Made by a program: the position numbers and the translations under genes. A stretch of 45,217 nucleotides of DNA from Opitutia bacterium UBA4654. Its GTDB lineage: Bacteria > Bacteroidota > Bacteroidia > Bacteroidales > Bacteroidaceae. Position 1 is the stretch's first letter; each line of letters begins with the position of its first letter. Positions 1 to 8,053 of the stretch are shown one piece after another. The DNA lies in contig CAVKOT010000001.1 of assembly GCA_963658045.1 (NCBI GenBank), positions 1 to 45,217 of the forward strand, written 5' to 3'. The notes under the pieces were generated by a model. That model ran no database searches, was not told the DNA's origin, and saw only the letters and a program-made list of their open reading frames with translations.

Positions 1-52
1 TACTGCAAAGGTACGGAATTATTTTTAATTAGTGCGCTCTAAACGCCTATAC

Positions 53-1078
53 CTACTCACCAATTTCCGCGAAATCAGAAATCACGGCATTATCATATAC
101 TTCCGCATCTCCATATACCTGACAAGAATCACGCAATTCAGCACAACCTGTTATTTTGGAATTCTCAAACGTTCTTGAAAAACCGCCAATACTACACCCT
201 GCCTTACCATTACCAATGACTATCGAATTGCCATAAACCCTGGCATAATCGGTGACTCTAACATCCCCATCTATCAAGCACCCTCCATATATACGCGCGT
301 TTCCCGATATATTAGCACACCCTGTGACCACAGCATGCCCAAAGCAATGTACATTACCTCCAACCACAGCCTTGCCAGTCACTTTTGCCACACCACTTAT
401 TCGGGCATAACCACCAATTCGCACGCCACCATAAAGTTTTGCATTGCCACACACTTGCGCAACATCAGCAATCTCAGCGCATCCATAAACTTCTGCGCTA
501 TCACACACAATGGCATAACCACGAATAATTGCATCTCCGTGCACGCGACCCTCATCCACGACTCTGGCATATTCACATATCTGAGCATTTGCATAAACAT
601 CAGCGTTTCCATGCACACGCGCATAACCACTTACATGTGCCATTCCATGAATGGATGCCGTATCATACACGCATACATCCCCATATTCATCGCAAGAACA
701 ACGTCCATTCACCTTGGCCTCATCATATATTTCTGCCTCGCCAAATACTTGTGCACGGCCTGAAACCTGCGCTCGGTCGCGCACAACTGCATTTCCATAA
801 ACTTGCGCTTGGTCATATACTTTTGCCTCACCGCTTATACTCGCCTCATCTGACACACAAGCCCCACCGTACACGCGAGCATTTCCCGACACTTTAGCAT
901 TTCCATATACACAAGAGTCATCGAAGACCCAGGCCTTTTCGCTTAGGTTACTGGTGCTTTCGACAAAGCCCCCCACGCTACCCCTTTTTGCATAAGCGAA
1001 TGTGGCCATACACTTAATTCTATGAAGGACATGTCCCTCCACAATCTTTGTTTCGTCAGTTAGAATATAACTATCCAC
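53..1078 (-). CDS. Hexapeptide-repeat left-handed beta-helix protein (YdcK-like architecture), function unknown
   Basis: 341-aa ORF. After a ~55-aa head (YILTDETKIVEGHVLHRIK...GSVGGFVES) the protein is an essentially unbroken run of 6-residue repeats [GD]-x-A-x-[VI]-x (GNAKVS GNARVY GGACVS DEASIS GEAKVY DQAQVY GNAVVR ...). Head plus repeats resemble E. coli YdcK-type LbH proteins as I recall them. Confidence 0.7.
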   Translation of the reverse strand: MDSYILTDETKIVEGHVLHRIKCMATFAYAKRGSVGGFVESTSNLSEKAWVFDDSCVYGNAKVSGNARVYGGACVSDEASISGEAKVYDQAQVYGNAVVRDRAQVSGRAQVFGEAEIYDEAKVNGRCSCDEYGDVCVYDTASIHGMAHVSGYARVHGNADVYANAQICEYARVVDEGRVHGDAIIRGYAIVCDSAEVYGCAEIADVAQVCGNAKLYGGVRIGGYARISGVAKVTGKAVVGGNVHCFGHAVVTGCANISGNARIYGGCLIDGDVRVTDYARVYGNSIVIGNGKAGCSIGGFSRTFENSKITGCAELRDSCQVYGDAEVYDNAVISDFAEIGE

Positions 1079-1705
1079 TTTGTGTTCTCGTAATTTGTCA
1101 CTGCGGTAAACCGCATTTGTTATTATTGTTCAAAACACGCAAAAGGTCAATGTACATAACCTTTCTGTTATTTTAGGACGAATAGTGAACATATGCCCTA
1201 CGCCAACATCTCGGTCTGTATGACACCCAGTCCCCTTGGACAGTTCTCGGGCCATGCACGAAACGGGGTCACAGCGATTATACACATAGCCACTTACCCG
1301 GCTTGGACTTACCCCAGTTGCCTAACAGGCATGCCAATCATAGCAAGTACATCACGGTTGATGCCCCAGTGTGTGAACAGGCATATGGGAGAGGGCCTGC
1401 CCATAAGCGAATTCGCAAGACAATAAGCAGAACATACCATATGATAGTACCAATTCAGTAAAAAAGATACTTCATGATTTGAAATGACTTTCATATCGAC
1501 CACGCAATTAAATTATACCCTACAAATATACCCTTATCTTTTTGCATAACAAAACCATTTGGCATATTTGTTCCGAAAAGCATAAGACACAAATACCATA
1601 GATGTTCCAACTCAAAGGAAGAGCAAGGCAACAAGGGACATGAAGAGAAGCACCTTTCCAACCGCATTTGAAACAGCCGCCAGACTCCTGGCAAGGAACT
1701 CCCTC

Positions 1706-1799
1706 ACCGTCCAGCCCAAGGCTGGACGGTAGGAGAAGTTAACTTACCTTGCAAAGTCAGTATGCTTTCTTGCACCGTCCAGCCTTGGGCTGGACGGTG
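1706..1799. repeat. Pair of inverted copies of an 11-12 bp-stem hairpin (ACCGTCCAGCC-CAA-GGCTGGACGGT and its reverse complement)
   Basis: Hairpin 1 is at 1706-1730 and hairpin 2 at 1773-1799. Copy 2 is the exact reverse complement of copy 1 (loop CAA versus TTG). The flanks are also partly inverted (CTCCCTC / GAGGAG). Confidence 0.6.
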
Positions 1800-1886
1800 G
1801 AGGAGTGTTTCCGCCCCTGCCACCCTTGCTTCTTCATGCGCCTGGCAAGTACACTCCCTTCTCCACGGCAAGCATCATCCGTGTAT

Positions 1887-1952
1887 AAAATGGCCTTTAT
1901 TTGGCTACAGGATACCATTTCGGGGCACACGTAGCCAAATAAAGGCCATTTT
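1887..1952. repeat. Perfect 22-bp inverted repeat with a 22-nt spacer (A-tract / T-tract flanked, bidirectional-terminator-like)
   Basis: AAAATGGCCTTTATTTGGCTAC (1887-1908) and GTAGCCAAATAAAGGCCATTTT (1931-1952) are exact reverse complements. Confidence 0.7.
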
Positions 1953-2121
1953 GTATGCAGGCCGCTGGAAAAGCAATGAGTACTCCAGCATATTCCCATG
2001 TCAAGTCACACTGGAGGACTTGTTTACCTAAACAGGAAGTCCCAGCCACGCAGATGCACACAGCGAGGCCCGCATGCGCAATTTCATGGTGCATTATTGC
2101 ACACATCTCGCATAATCGTCC

Positions 2122-2129
2122 TACCTTTG
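2122..2129 (+). promoter_or_regulatory. Bacteroidota -7 promoter box (TACCTTTG)
   Basis: Matches TAnnTTTG, 38 nt upstream of the ATG at 2167. Confidence 0.5.
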
Positions 2130-2166
2130 CAGCCCGAAACGATATACACAAAGAAAGGATAGCATT

Positions 2167-2604
2167 ATGAGAAGAGTAATGAGCGTGCTTGTGTGCCTGC
2201 TGATGGCAGTAGCCAGCGTCATGGCGCAGAGTGACAAGATTGTGGGCAACTACCAGGTGGAACGCAATGGCGTGACGAGCAAGGTGAGGGTGTTCAAGCA
2301 TGAGGATGGCTACCGCGCACAGGTGACCTGGGTGAACAACCTGAAGAAGGAGGACGGCAGCCTGCGCACCGACGAGAAGAACCCCGACAAGAGCAAGCGA
2401 GGCGTGCGCGCCGACCAGATAGTGCTCATCGACAAGGTGACCTACGATGCCAAGGACAACGTGTGGACGGGCGGCAAAATCTATGACCCCACCAAGGGCA
2501 AGACCTATAAGGTGAAGTTGTGGTTTGACAGTGACAAGGTGCTCAAGATGCGCGGCTACATCGGTCCGCTCTATGACACCAGCACCTGGAAGAAGATTGA
2601 CTGA
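2167..2604 (+). CDS. DUF2147 domain-containing secreted protein
   Basis: 145 aa with a signal peptide (MRRVMSVLVCLLMAVASVMAQ). The motifs DEKNPDKSKR, GGKIYDPTKGKTYK and MRGYIG are characteristic of DUF2147 as I recall it. Confidence 0.8.
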   Translation: MRRVMSVLVCLLMAVASVMAQSDKIVGNYQVERNGVTSKVRVFKHEDGYRAQVTWVNNLKKEDGSLRTDEKNPDKSKRGVRADQIVLIDKVTYDAKDNVWTGGKIYDPTKGKTYKVKLWFDSDKVLKMRGYIGPLYDTSTWKKID

Positions 2605-2623
2605 ACGCATCCAGTTCTATATG

Positions 2624-2677
2624 GTGAAGGCCCAGACTGTTTGGCGCAGCCTGGGCCTTCACTGTATAGTTGTTTTT
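2624..2677 (+). terminator. Rho-independent terminator after the DUF2147 gene
   Basis: A perfect 12-bp stem, GTGAAGGCCCAG (2624-2635) / CTGGGCCTTCAC (2651-2662), is followed by TGTATAGTTGTTTTT. Confidence 0.6.
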
Positions 2678-2807
2678 GGCTTTCGTGGACAGCAATAAAT
2701 GAAAAGGAAAACCTACCAGGCATAAAGGACAGTCCCCTGTGATTCCCACAATACAATCCCTTATCTGCAATCCAAGACAGCACAAACAAAAAACGCTATA
2801 ATCCATA

Positions 2808-3548
2808 TTATAACAACTGATAGTTATATGCGTAAGTTATTGCCTCAACCATATTTCGAACCCTTAGTCGCTTGAATAACTTCTGCTTACATGTTTTGAT
2901 GGCATCCTTTGATTTACAGAGTTCAGAGGCGATATCCGGCACGGTAAGTCCTTGGCTTGCAAGAAAGATAATCTTACGTTCCATTTCCTTCAAAGCCACA
3001 CAACTACGCCTCGTCCATAAACGATTTCGGATATCATATTCATAGTATGCACTTTCTGAACTTTTCTTCATTCGAACATATCCAGAAGTATGTGCCGAAG
3101 ACTTGGACATCGCACACAGAACAAGACATGGCCTCCCAAACTCATCCACGTCAAGTGTTGTGAAAATATGATGAATCAGATGAGATTTCCCATTACTTGG
3201 ATTTTGAACACGAAAATCACAATGAAGAGAGAAGTCTGTCCTCTCTTCAAGCGGAAAATGCTGAAGCAAACCTAGACAAGCCTCACCTAACCCCCGAACC
3301 AGCCCCAAATCCTCCCATACAACACACCTTTCATAAAAGGAATACCCACTTTCTGCGACATCTTTCGCAGAACATCCGCACAAAAAATCAAAACTTCCAG
3401 ACACAAACGAAAACGTTTCTCTAACAAGATCTATTAGTATGATGCCTCGGCATGTACATCTTGAAAATGCCATTAGGGCCTTCACAAACGCATCCCGACG
3501 ACAGGACTCTAGCAAAGGAATGTCCTTCATCTGAAAATTATCGTACAT
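2808..3548 (-). CDS. LuxR/GerE-family HTH transcriptional regulator with an unassigned N-terminal sensor-like domain
   Basis: 246 aa. The C-terminal ~60 aa (ERKIIFLASQGLTVPDIASELCKSKDAIKTCKQKLFKRLRVRNMVEAITYA) form a LuxR-type HTH. It starts 11 nt downstream of the rSAM gene on the same strand. Confidence 0.8.
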   Translation of the reverse strand: MYDNFQMKDIPLLESCRRDAFVKALMAFSRCTCRGIILIDLVRETFSFVSGSFDFLCGCSAKDVAESGYSFYERCVVWEDLGLVRGLGEACLGLLQHFPLEERTDFSLHCDFRVQNPSNGKSHLIHHIFTTLDVDEFGRPCLVLCAMSKSSAHTSGYVRMKKSSESAYYEYDIRNRLWTRRSCVALKEMERKIIFLASQGLTVPDIASELCKSKDAIKTCKQKLFKRLRVRNMVEAITYAYNYQLL

Positions 3549-3558
3549 ATTTTTCTAC

Positions 3559-5115
3559 TCAATATTTCATTTCCGAACAGATTTCTGGCGCGAACTCACA
3601 TCTGGGGTCAGGATAGTCCCAGTTATCCCTGCCATACGCCTGTATCACTTTAACCACGCACTTCCGCTTATTCTCCTGACAAAAATCCAGCACTTTGCAT
3701 GATGAGCAACGACTTTCCTTGCGCGCGCCAAGCGTATGATTGTAAATAGACAGGGCTTTCGAGGAATTCCACACTTCACTTATGGATTGCTGGCGAAGGT
3801 CACCAATAAGGAATTGGGGATTCCAGTACATCAGTTCACAAATGCTCACCTTACCATCAGGAAGTACAAACATGCTGCTCAGTAATGCTCCGCACGCGCC
3901 ACCCTTAAAGCACTTCTCGTCACGCCCACCTTTATATACAGAATAATCCAACGCATTGTCACTAAGAAACAAAGTGAAGCAAGCCTTGGGCATTATCTGT
4001 TCCTGTACAAACGAGCGCAAGTTCTCTATAGAAGTTCTGTCCGCCTTTACTGAGACAAAAGAATCGGGAGTATAAAGAGAAAGTTCGGGCACACGAATTT
4101 CCCAGTAAGACAAATTCCTCAACGTGCCAATGTAAACAAACAAGTCGGACATCGTTTGTGTGTTGCAGTTATACTTTGTCAGGATGGTATCTATCTGTAT
4201 TTGGAAACCATATTTCTCCAGCAAGCCAATTGTCTTCTTCATCTGTTCCACATATCCCGACTTACTTCCGATAATCTGTGCGAGAACCTTGTCATCAAGA
4301 GAGTCAAGGGAAATCTGCACTACATTGTCATATCCCGTTTCCTTCAATGCCTTTATTTGTGACTCTGCCAAAGGCACCTTTGTGGATATATAACTGGGCA
4401 TCAGTTCGCAGTCCACGAGTTTCTTGATTATTTTTGCCCAGTCCCTGTGACAAAACACCTCTCCACCGATAATGTCAATGTGAGACATGTCCATTGCCCA
4501 TGCCTCATCAATGATACGGAATATCTCCTCGGTGGACAATGGCTTGTAACTTGTCTTCCGGTCTGCATAACAGTACCTGCAATTCGTCATGCACCGTGAA
4601 GTCAACATCAAAGTCATTGAGTGAGGACCTTTTAGTAAACGCCCTGCTTCCAAATTGAGTTCACGACAGGAGAAATTAACGCCTTCATTCCTGTTCCCCA
4701 AATACGCAATCTTTACCTTTTCATAAGGAAGCAGCACATTCTTCGGAAAGGAGATTCTTGTGTTTCCAAACTCTGTATATACAGCCTCTTCATTCTCTAT
4801 ATATTGTCCAATCATCTTATCAACCTGGGCAGGAGACAAATGAAATTTGGACTTCAAATCCTCATAATGCCAGGACATTGGATATGGTTTGACAAAAGAA
4901 AAGAGAATCTGTGCCTGTACAGGATGGACATAACTCACCCATCCCTTTGCACTATATGGTTGTACCCTATTAGTGGAATACAAAATCATCCTGTGGACAT
5001 CATTTTTGAAATAGTAGTCCGGGTTCAAAATATAAATCTGCGTATCAACCATTACCTTACTTACTAAATATTGAGAAAAGGGTGCCCCATAATAAATATG
5101 GGACACCCATACCAC
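3559..5115 (-). CDS. Radical SAM / SPASM-domain peptide maturase (alternative start at 5052, MVDTQIYILNPDYYF)
   Basis: The CX3CX2C motif occurs in LTSRCMTNCRYCYADR. The Cys-rich C-terminus (CFKGGAC ... CSSCKVLDFC...C ... CEFAPEIC) is SPASM-like. A ~150-aa N-terminal extension precedes the rSAM core and is a candidate leader-recognition domain. The gene lies immediately downstream of the small GG-leader ORF. Confidence 0.9.
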   Translation of the reverse strand: MVWVSHIYYGAPFSQYLVSKVMVDTQIYILNPDYYFKNDVHRMILYSTNRVQPYSAKGWVSYVHPVQAQILFSFVKPYPMSWHYEDLKSKFHLSPAQVDKMIGQYIENEEAVYTEFGNTRISFPKNVLLPYEKVKIAYLGNRNEGVNFSCRELNLEAGRLLKGPHSMTLMLTSRCMTNCRYCYADRKTSYKPLSTEEIFRIIDEAWAMDMSHIDIIGGEVFCHRDWAKIIKKLVDCELMPSYISTKVPLAESQIKALKETGYDNVVQISLDSLDDKVLAQIIGSKSGYVEQMKKTIGLLEKYGFQIQIDTILTKYNCNTQTMSDLFVYIGTLRNLSYWEIRVPELSLYTPDSFVSVKADRTSIENLRSFVQEQIMPKACFTLFLSDNALDYSVYKGGRDEKCFKGGACGALLSSMFVLPDGKVSICELMYWNPQFLIGDLRQQSISEVWNSSKALSIYNHTLGARKESRCSSCKVLDFCQENKRKCVVKVIQAYGRDNWDYPDPRCEFAPEICSEMKY

Positions 5116-5131
5116 TGTCCAGAACGTGGCA

Positions 5132-5347
5132 TCAAGGATTCTTCCCTGAATCAGGCTTAGGTTTCAGTGGCTTTGTACCAATAGCTTCCGTCCCATTGCA
5201 GATGACAAGGGCTGGTGTTCCATTGCATGAAATCGCAGGAGAACCATTACATACAATATCTCCTTCTGAACTTCCGCCTTTCACCTCCATCAATTCCATG
5301 ATATCAAGCGGTTCACCAAAGGCGAGAAGAGTCTTTTTTGTATCCAT
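5132..5347 (-). CDS. RiPP precursor peptide, double-glycine leader, core with three CNG[ST] repeats
   Basis: 71 aa. The leader is MDTKKTLLAFGEPLDIMELMEVKGG (L..EL..VKGG). The core is SSEGDIV-CNGSPAIS-CNGTPALVI-CNGTEAIG-TKPLKPKPDSGKNP. It is 16 nt upstream of the rSAM ORF, and a C39 ABC exporter is in the locus. Confidence 0.75.
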   Translation of the reverse strand: MDTKKTLLAFGEPLDIMELMEVKGGSSEGDIVCNGSPAISCNGTPALVICNGTEAIGTKPLKPKPDSGKNP

Positions 5348-5508
5348 AACGCCTATACTATATTAGTTTCTGCTTCCATGTCAGCGTGTCAGCGTGCGCT
5401 CCTTTTATACAGTATGGTCTGTGAAGCCTGTGATTCGCCTGTCACATTCTTCCCTCCCCTGCTGAGGCGAAAGCCCTACAAATTGTGGAGCACAACAGAG
5501 AAGCATCA

Positions 5509-5516
5509 CAAAATTA
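5509..5516 (-). promoter_or_regulatory. Candidate -7 box (TAATTTTG on the minus strand) for the precursor-rSAM-LuxR operon
   Basis: This is the only TAnnTTTG match on the minus strand in the 5348-5719 intergenic region. It implies a ~150-nt leader. Confidence 0.3.
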
Positions 5517-5652
5517 AAAAGTTTCCAAATTACCACGGCAAGAGAAGGCCGACTTTTCATCACACATTATGTTTTTTCACCCTTTTGGGTGTTATTACAA
5601 AATCTTCTCCACAAACAACACATTTCACAACCATAATACGCAAAAGATACCT

Positions 5653-5660
5653 TAACTTTG
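5653..5660 (+). promoter_or_regulatory. Bacteroidota -7 promoter box (TAACTTTG) for the OMP-ABC operon
   Basis: TAnnTTTG match 60 nt upstream of the ATG at 5720. Confidence 0.45.
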
Positions 5661-5719
5661 CTGCACATTTCTCCCAAAACAGGATTGGGTCACACTGCAA
5701 CAATAATAAATGAGCGAAA

Positions 5720-8041
5720 ATGGGAAAAAAAAGAAACCTTCTTTTAATTATATTCACTTGCGCAACGCTATTCGCCCAAGGCCAGAACCTCAAGGGCAGA
5801 GTAAGCGCAGAGGACGGAAAGCCCCTGGAGTATGTGAGTGTGGCCCTGCTGTCAGCCAAGGACTCCACCGTGATTACGGGCTGTGCCACACAGGCCGACG
5901 GAACGTGGACGATAATGGCAGACGGCAGCAAGGGCGTGCTGCTGAAGGTGAGCATGATGGGATATGAGACACGGTACTTTCAGGAGCCATTCCCCAAGAA
6001 CATCACTCTGAAGGAGAACGCCTCGACCATGAAGGAGGCACAGGTGACAGGGACACGCAAGTATGTCAAGGCCAACCCGCGGGGCTTTACCGTGCAGATG
6101 GAGGGAAACCCGCTGGGCCAACTGCCCTCGTCACTGGACGCGCTCAGGGAGATGCCGCTGATAGAGGGCACGGGAACAAACCTCACGGTACTGGGACGCG
6201 AGGGTACGCCTGTCATATACATTGAGCACCGGAAGGTGCAGGACATGACGGAGGTGCAGACTCTGAACCCATCCGAAATCAAGAGTGTGGAGATTATCAC
6301 CCACCCCGGCCCGAAATATGGCAAGGAGGTGACATCGGTCATCATCATCCATCTCAAGCGCAAAAGCCCCGGGCTGGCAGGATATGTGTCGGGCACAGGC
6401 TCGGTGGCAGAGAGGCTCTCGGGCTATGCCTACACCAATCTGTCATACACCTTCCTCAATGGGACAAGCCTCTATGCTGATGCCAATGGGAGCAGCAGCG
6501 GATACAAGATGAAGAATTCATTCTCAGACAAATATGCGCCAGAGAATGTCTCATCATCAACCAGCGGGACAAACGTGGGACGCAGCAAGAACTTCGATGT
6601 GACCGCAGGCGGAAGCCATGACTTCAAGAAAGGGCACTCCGTGGGAGCCAGGTACTCCTACACCCGCACGCCCTCGTCCATCGCGACGGTCAGTGCTCAC
6701 AACCTATCGACCAACAGCCTGGCCACCACGCTGATGGACACGCACACACGCACCAGCATGCAGAGCTGGAGACACTATGCCAATGCCTACTCTTACCTGA
6801 AACTGAGCAAACCGCTCTCGCTCACCATCAATGCCGACTACCTGCGGGGCAACTCGCCCACACACACGGCCATCACGGAACAGGCTGACGAGGATGAGCC
6901 CTGGCTGATGAGCACCAGCAACCTGAAGGACTACAAGATGGCTGCGGCAAAGGCCGACCTGGACGGCACCTGGAAAAGGTGGACACTACAGACGGGAGTG
7001 GAATACTCCTACACCCGGAACAACCTGGACTTCACAGGCACGGCAAGCAACGGCATCAAGCCCTTCCAGTCATCAGAGGACCAGGAACAGCAGAACCTGT
7101 ATGCCGTGTATGGCACTGCCACCTGCCAGATGAACGAGCACTGGGCATTCACGGGCGGGCTCAGGTGCGAGGTGACGGACTTTGACTACCACAGAAACCA
7201 CGAGAGGCAGGATGGGCTATCAAAGAACTACGCCGACTGGCTGCCCGAACTGGGGATAAACTATATGCACAAGGGCATGACGCTGGGACTCACCTACAAC
7301 AGCACGGCCTACCGCCCCACCTACAGCGACCTCAACAACAACTACACCTACATCACGCACACGTCCTGGGCCACAGGAAACCCGCTGCTGAAGAGCAACA
7401 TCATCAGAAACCTGGAGGCAAGCCTCGCGTGGAAGCAGACATACGTGTCACTCACCTACTGCCGACGCTTCAGGAACTTCCAGACCATATACCGATACCT
7501 GCCCGAAAGCCAGGTGAACCTGCGCCAGAACATCAACCTGCCTGGCTTCAATGACTTCCGGCTGGTAGTGTCACAGAGTTTCGATGTGAAGTGGTGGCAT
7601 CCATCCCTACAGGGCCTGCTGATGCTGGAGGACCTGGAGTATGGCGAGGAGGGGTGGAAACGCTCTTATAAGAAACCCTTCTTCCAGTTGACCACCAAGA
7701 ACCGCATAGACCTCCCCTGGAAGATATATGCCTGGGTGGGAGCCACCTGGAGGGGACGTGGCAATGTGACCACCGTCTATTATGACAGGCACAACTTCTC
7801 GGCCTACCTGCAGATGAGCAAGAGCATCAAGGACTGGAGCCTGTCAATGACCGTCAACGACTTCACCCACACCAACCGCCTCAGATACCGGATCGACTCC
7901 AATGGTGTAGCCTACGCCAGCAGCCAGAAGGGCGGCATCTGCATGCTCCAACTCTCGGCCACCTATATGTTCAACTATAAGAACAAGAGGGAGTACAAGG
8001 GCAAGGGCGCAGCCAGCAATGAGTTGAACCGTCTGAACTAA
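5720..8041 (+). CDS. Outer-membrane beta-barrel protein, TonB-dependent-receptor-like (CarboxypepD_reg N-domain plus plug-like region plus barrel)
   Basis: 773 aa with a signal peptide. The N-terminus (LKGRVSAEDGKPLEYVSVALLSAKDSTVITGCATQADGTW) is typical of the carboxypeptidase-regulatory-like domain. A long region of beta-strand-like alternating Y/T/S-rich sequence follows. The gene ends 12 nt before the ABC exporter. Confidence 0.8.
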   Translation: MGKKRNLLLIIFTCATLFAQGQNLKGRVSAEDGKPLEYVSVALLSAKDSTVITGCATQADGTWTIMADGSKGVLLKVSMMGYETRYFQEPFPKNITLKENASTMKEAQVTGTRKYVKANPRGFTVQMEGNPLGQLPSSLDALREMPLIEGTGTNLTVLGREGTPVIYIEHRKVQDMTEVQTLNPSEIKSVEIITHPGPKYGKEVTSVIIIHLKRKSPGLAGYVSGTGSVAERLSGYAYTNLSYTFLNGTSLYADANGSSSGYKMKNSFSDKYAPENVSSSTSGTNVGRSKNFDVTAGGSHDFKKGHSVGARYSYTRTPSSIATVSAHNLSTNSLATTLMDTHTRTSMQSWRHYANAYSYLKLSKPLSLTINADYLRGNSPTHTAITEQADEDEPWLMSTSNLKDYKMAAAKADLDGTWKRWTLQTGVEYSYTRNNLDFTGTASNGIKPFQSSEDQEQQNLYAVYGTATCQMNEHWAFTGGLRCEVTDFDYHRNHERQDGLSKNYADWLPELGINYMHKGMTLGLTYNSTAYRPTYSDLNNNYTYITHTSWATGNPLLKSNIIRNLEASLAWKQTYVSLTYCRRFRNFQTIYRYLPESQVNLRQNINLPGFNDFRLVVSQSFDVKWWHPSLQGLLMLEDLEYGEEGWKRSYKKPFFQLTTKNRIDLPWKIYAWVGATWRGRGNVTTVYYDRHNFSAYLQMSKSIKDWSLSMTVNDFTHTNRLRYRIDSNGVAYASSQKGGICMLQLSATYMFNYKNKREYKGKGAASNELNRLN

Positions 8042-8053
8042 GCGACGGGACTT

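Noticed and set aside
335-897. His-rich plus-strand ORFs (142 and 122 aa) and a Met-rich minus-frame ORF inside the hexapeptide-repeat gene.
   Set aside because: They are by-products of the 18-nt DNA periodicity of the LbH repeats in other frames. They have no start context and highly biased composition.
1193-1694. Short ORFs (61-89 aa) in the 1.1-2.0 kb gene-less region, considered as a possible frameshifted pseudogene.
   Set aside because: The translations are Cys/Trp/His-rich with no recognisable motif, and no two ORFs join into a plausible protein. The region is left as non-coding.
1897-2610. 237-aa minus-strand ORF overlapping the DUF2147 gene.
   Set aside because: It is antisense to a gene that has a signal peptide, family motifs, a promoter box and a terminator. 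It extends into the hairpin-rich non-coding region.
5348-5719. A search for additional small GG-leader precursor ORFs upstream of the precursor (for example a 52-codon minus-strand ORF from 5560 and a 33-codon ORF from 5506).
   Set aside because: Their translations (MKSRPSLAVVIWKLFNFVMLLCC...) have no Gly-Gly leader, no CNG motif and no similarity to the annotated precursor. The region is treated as a divergent promoter region.
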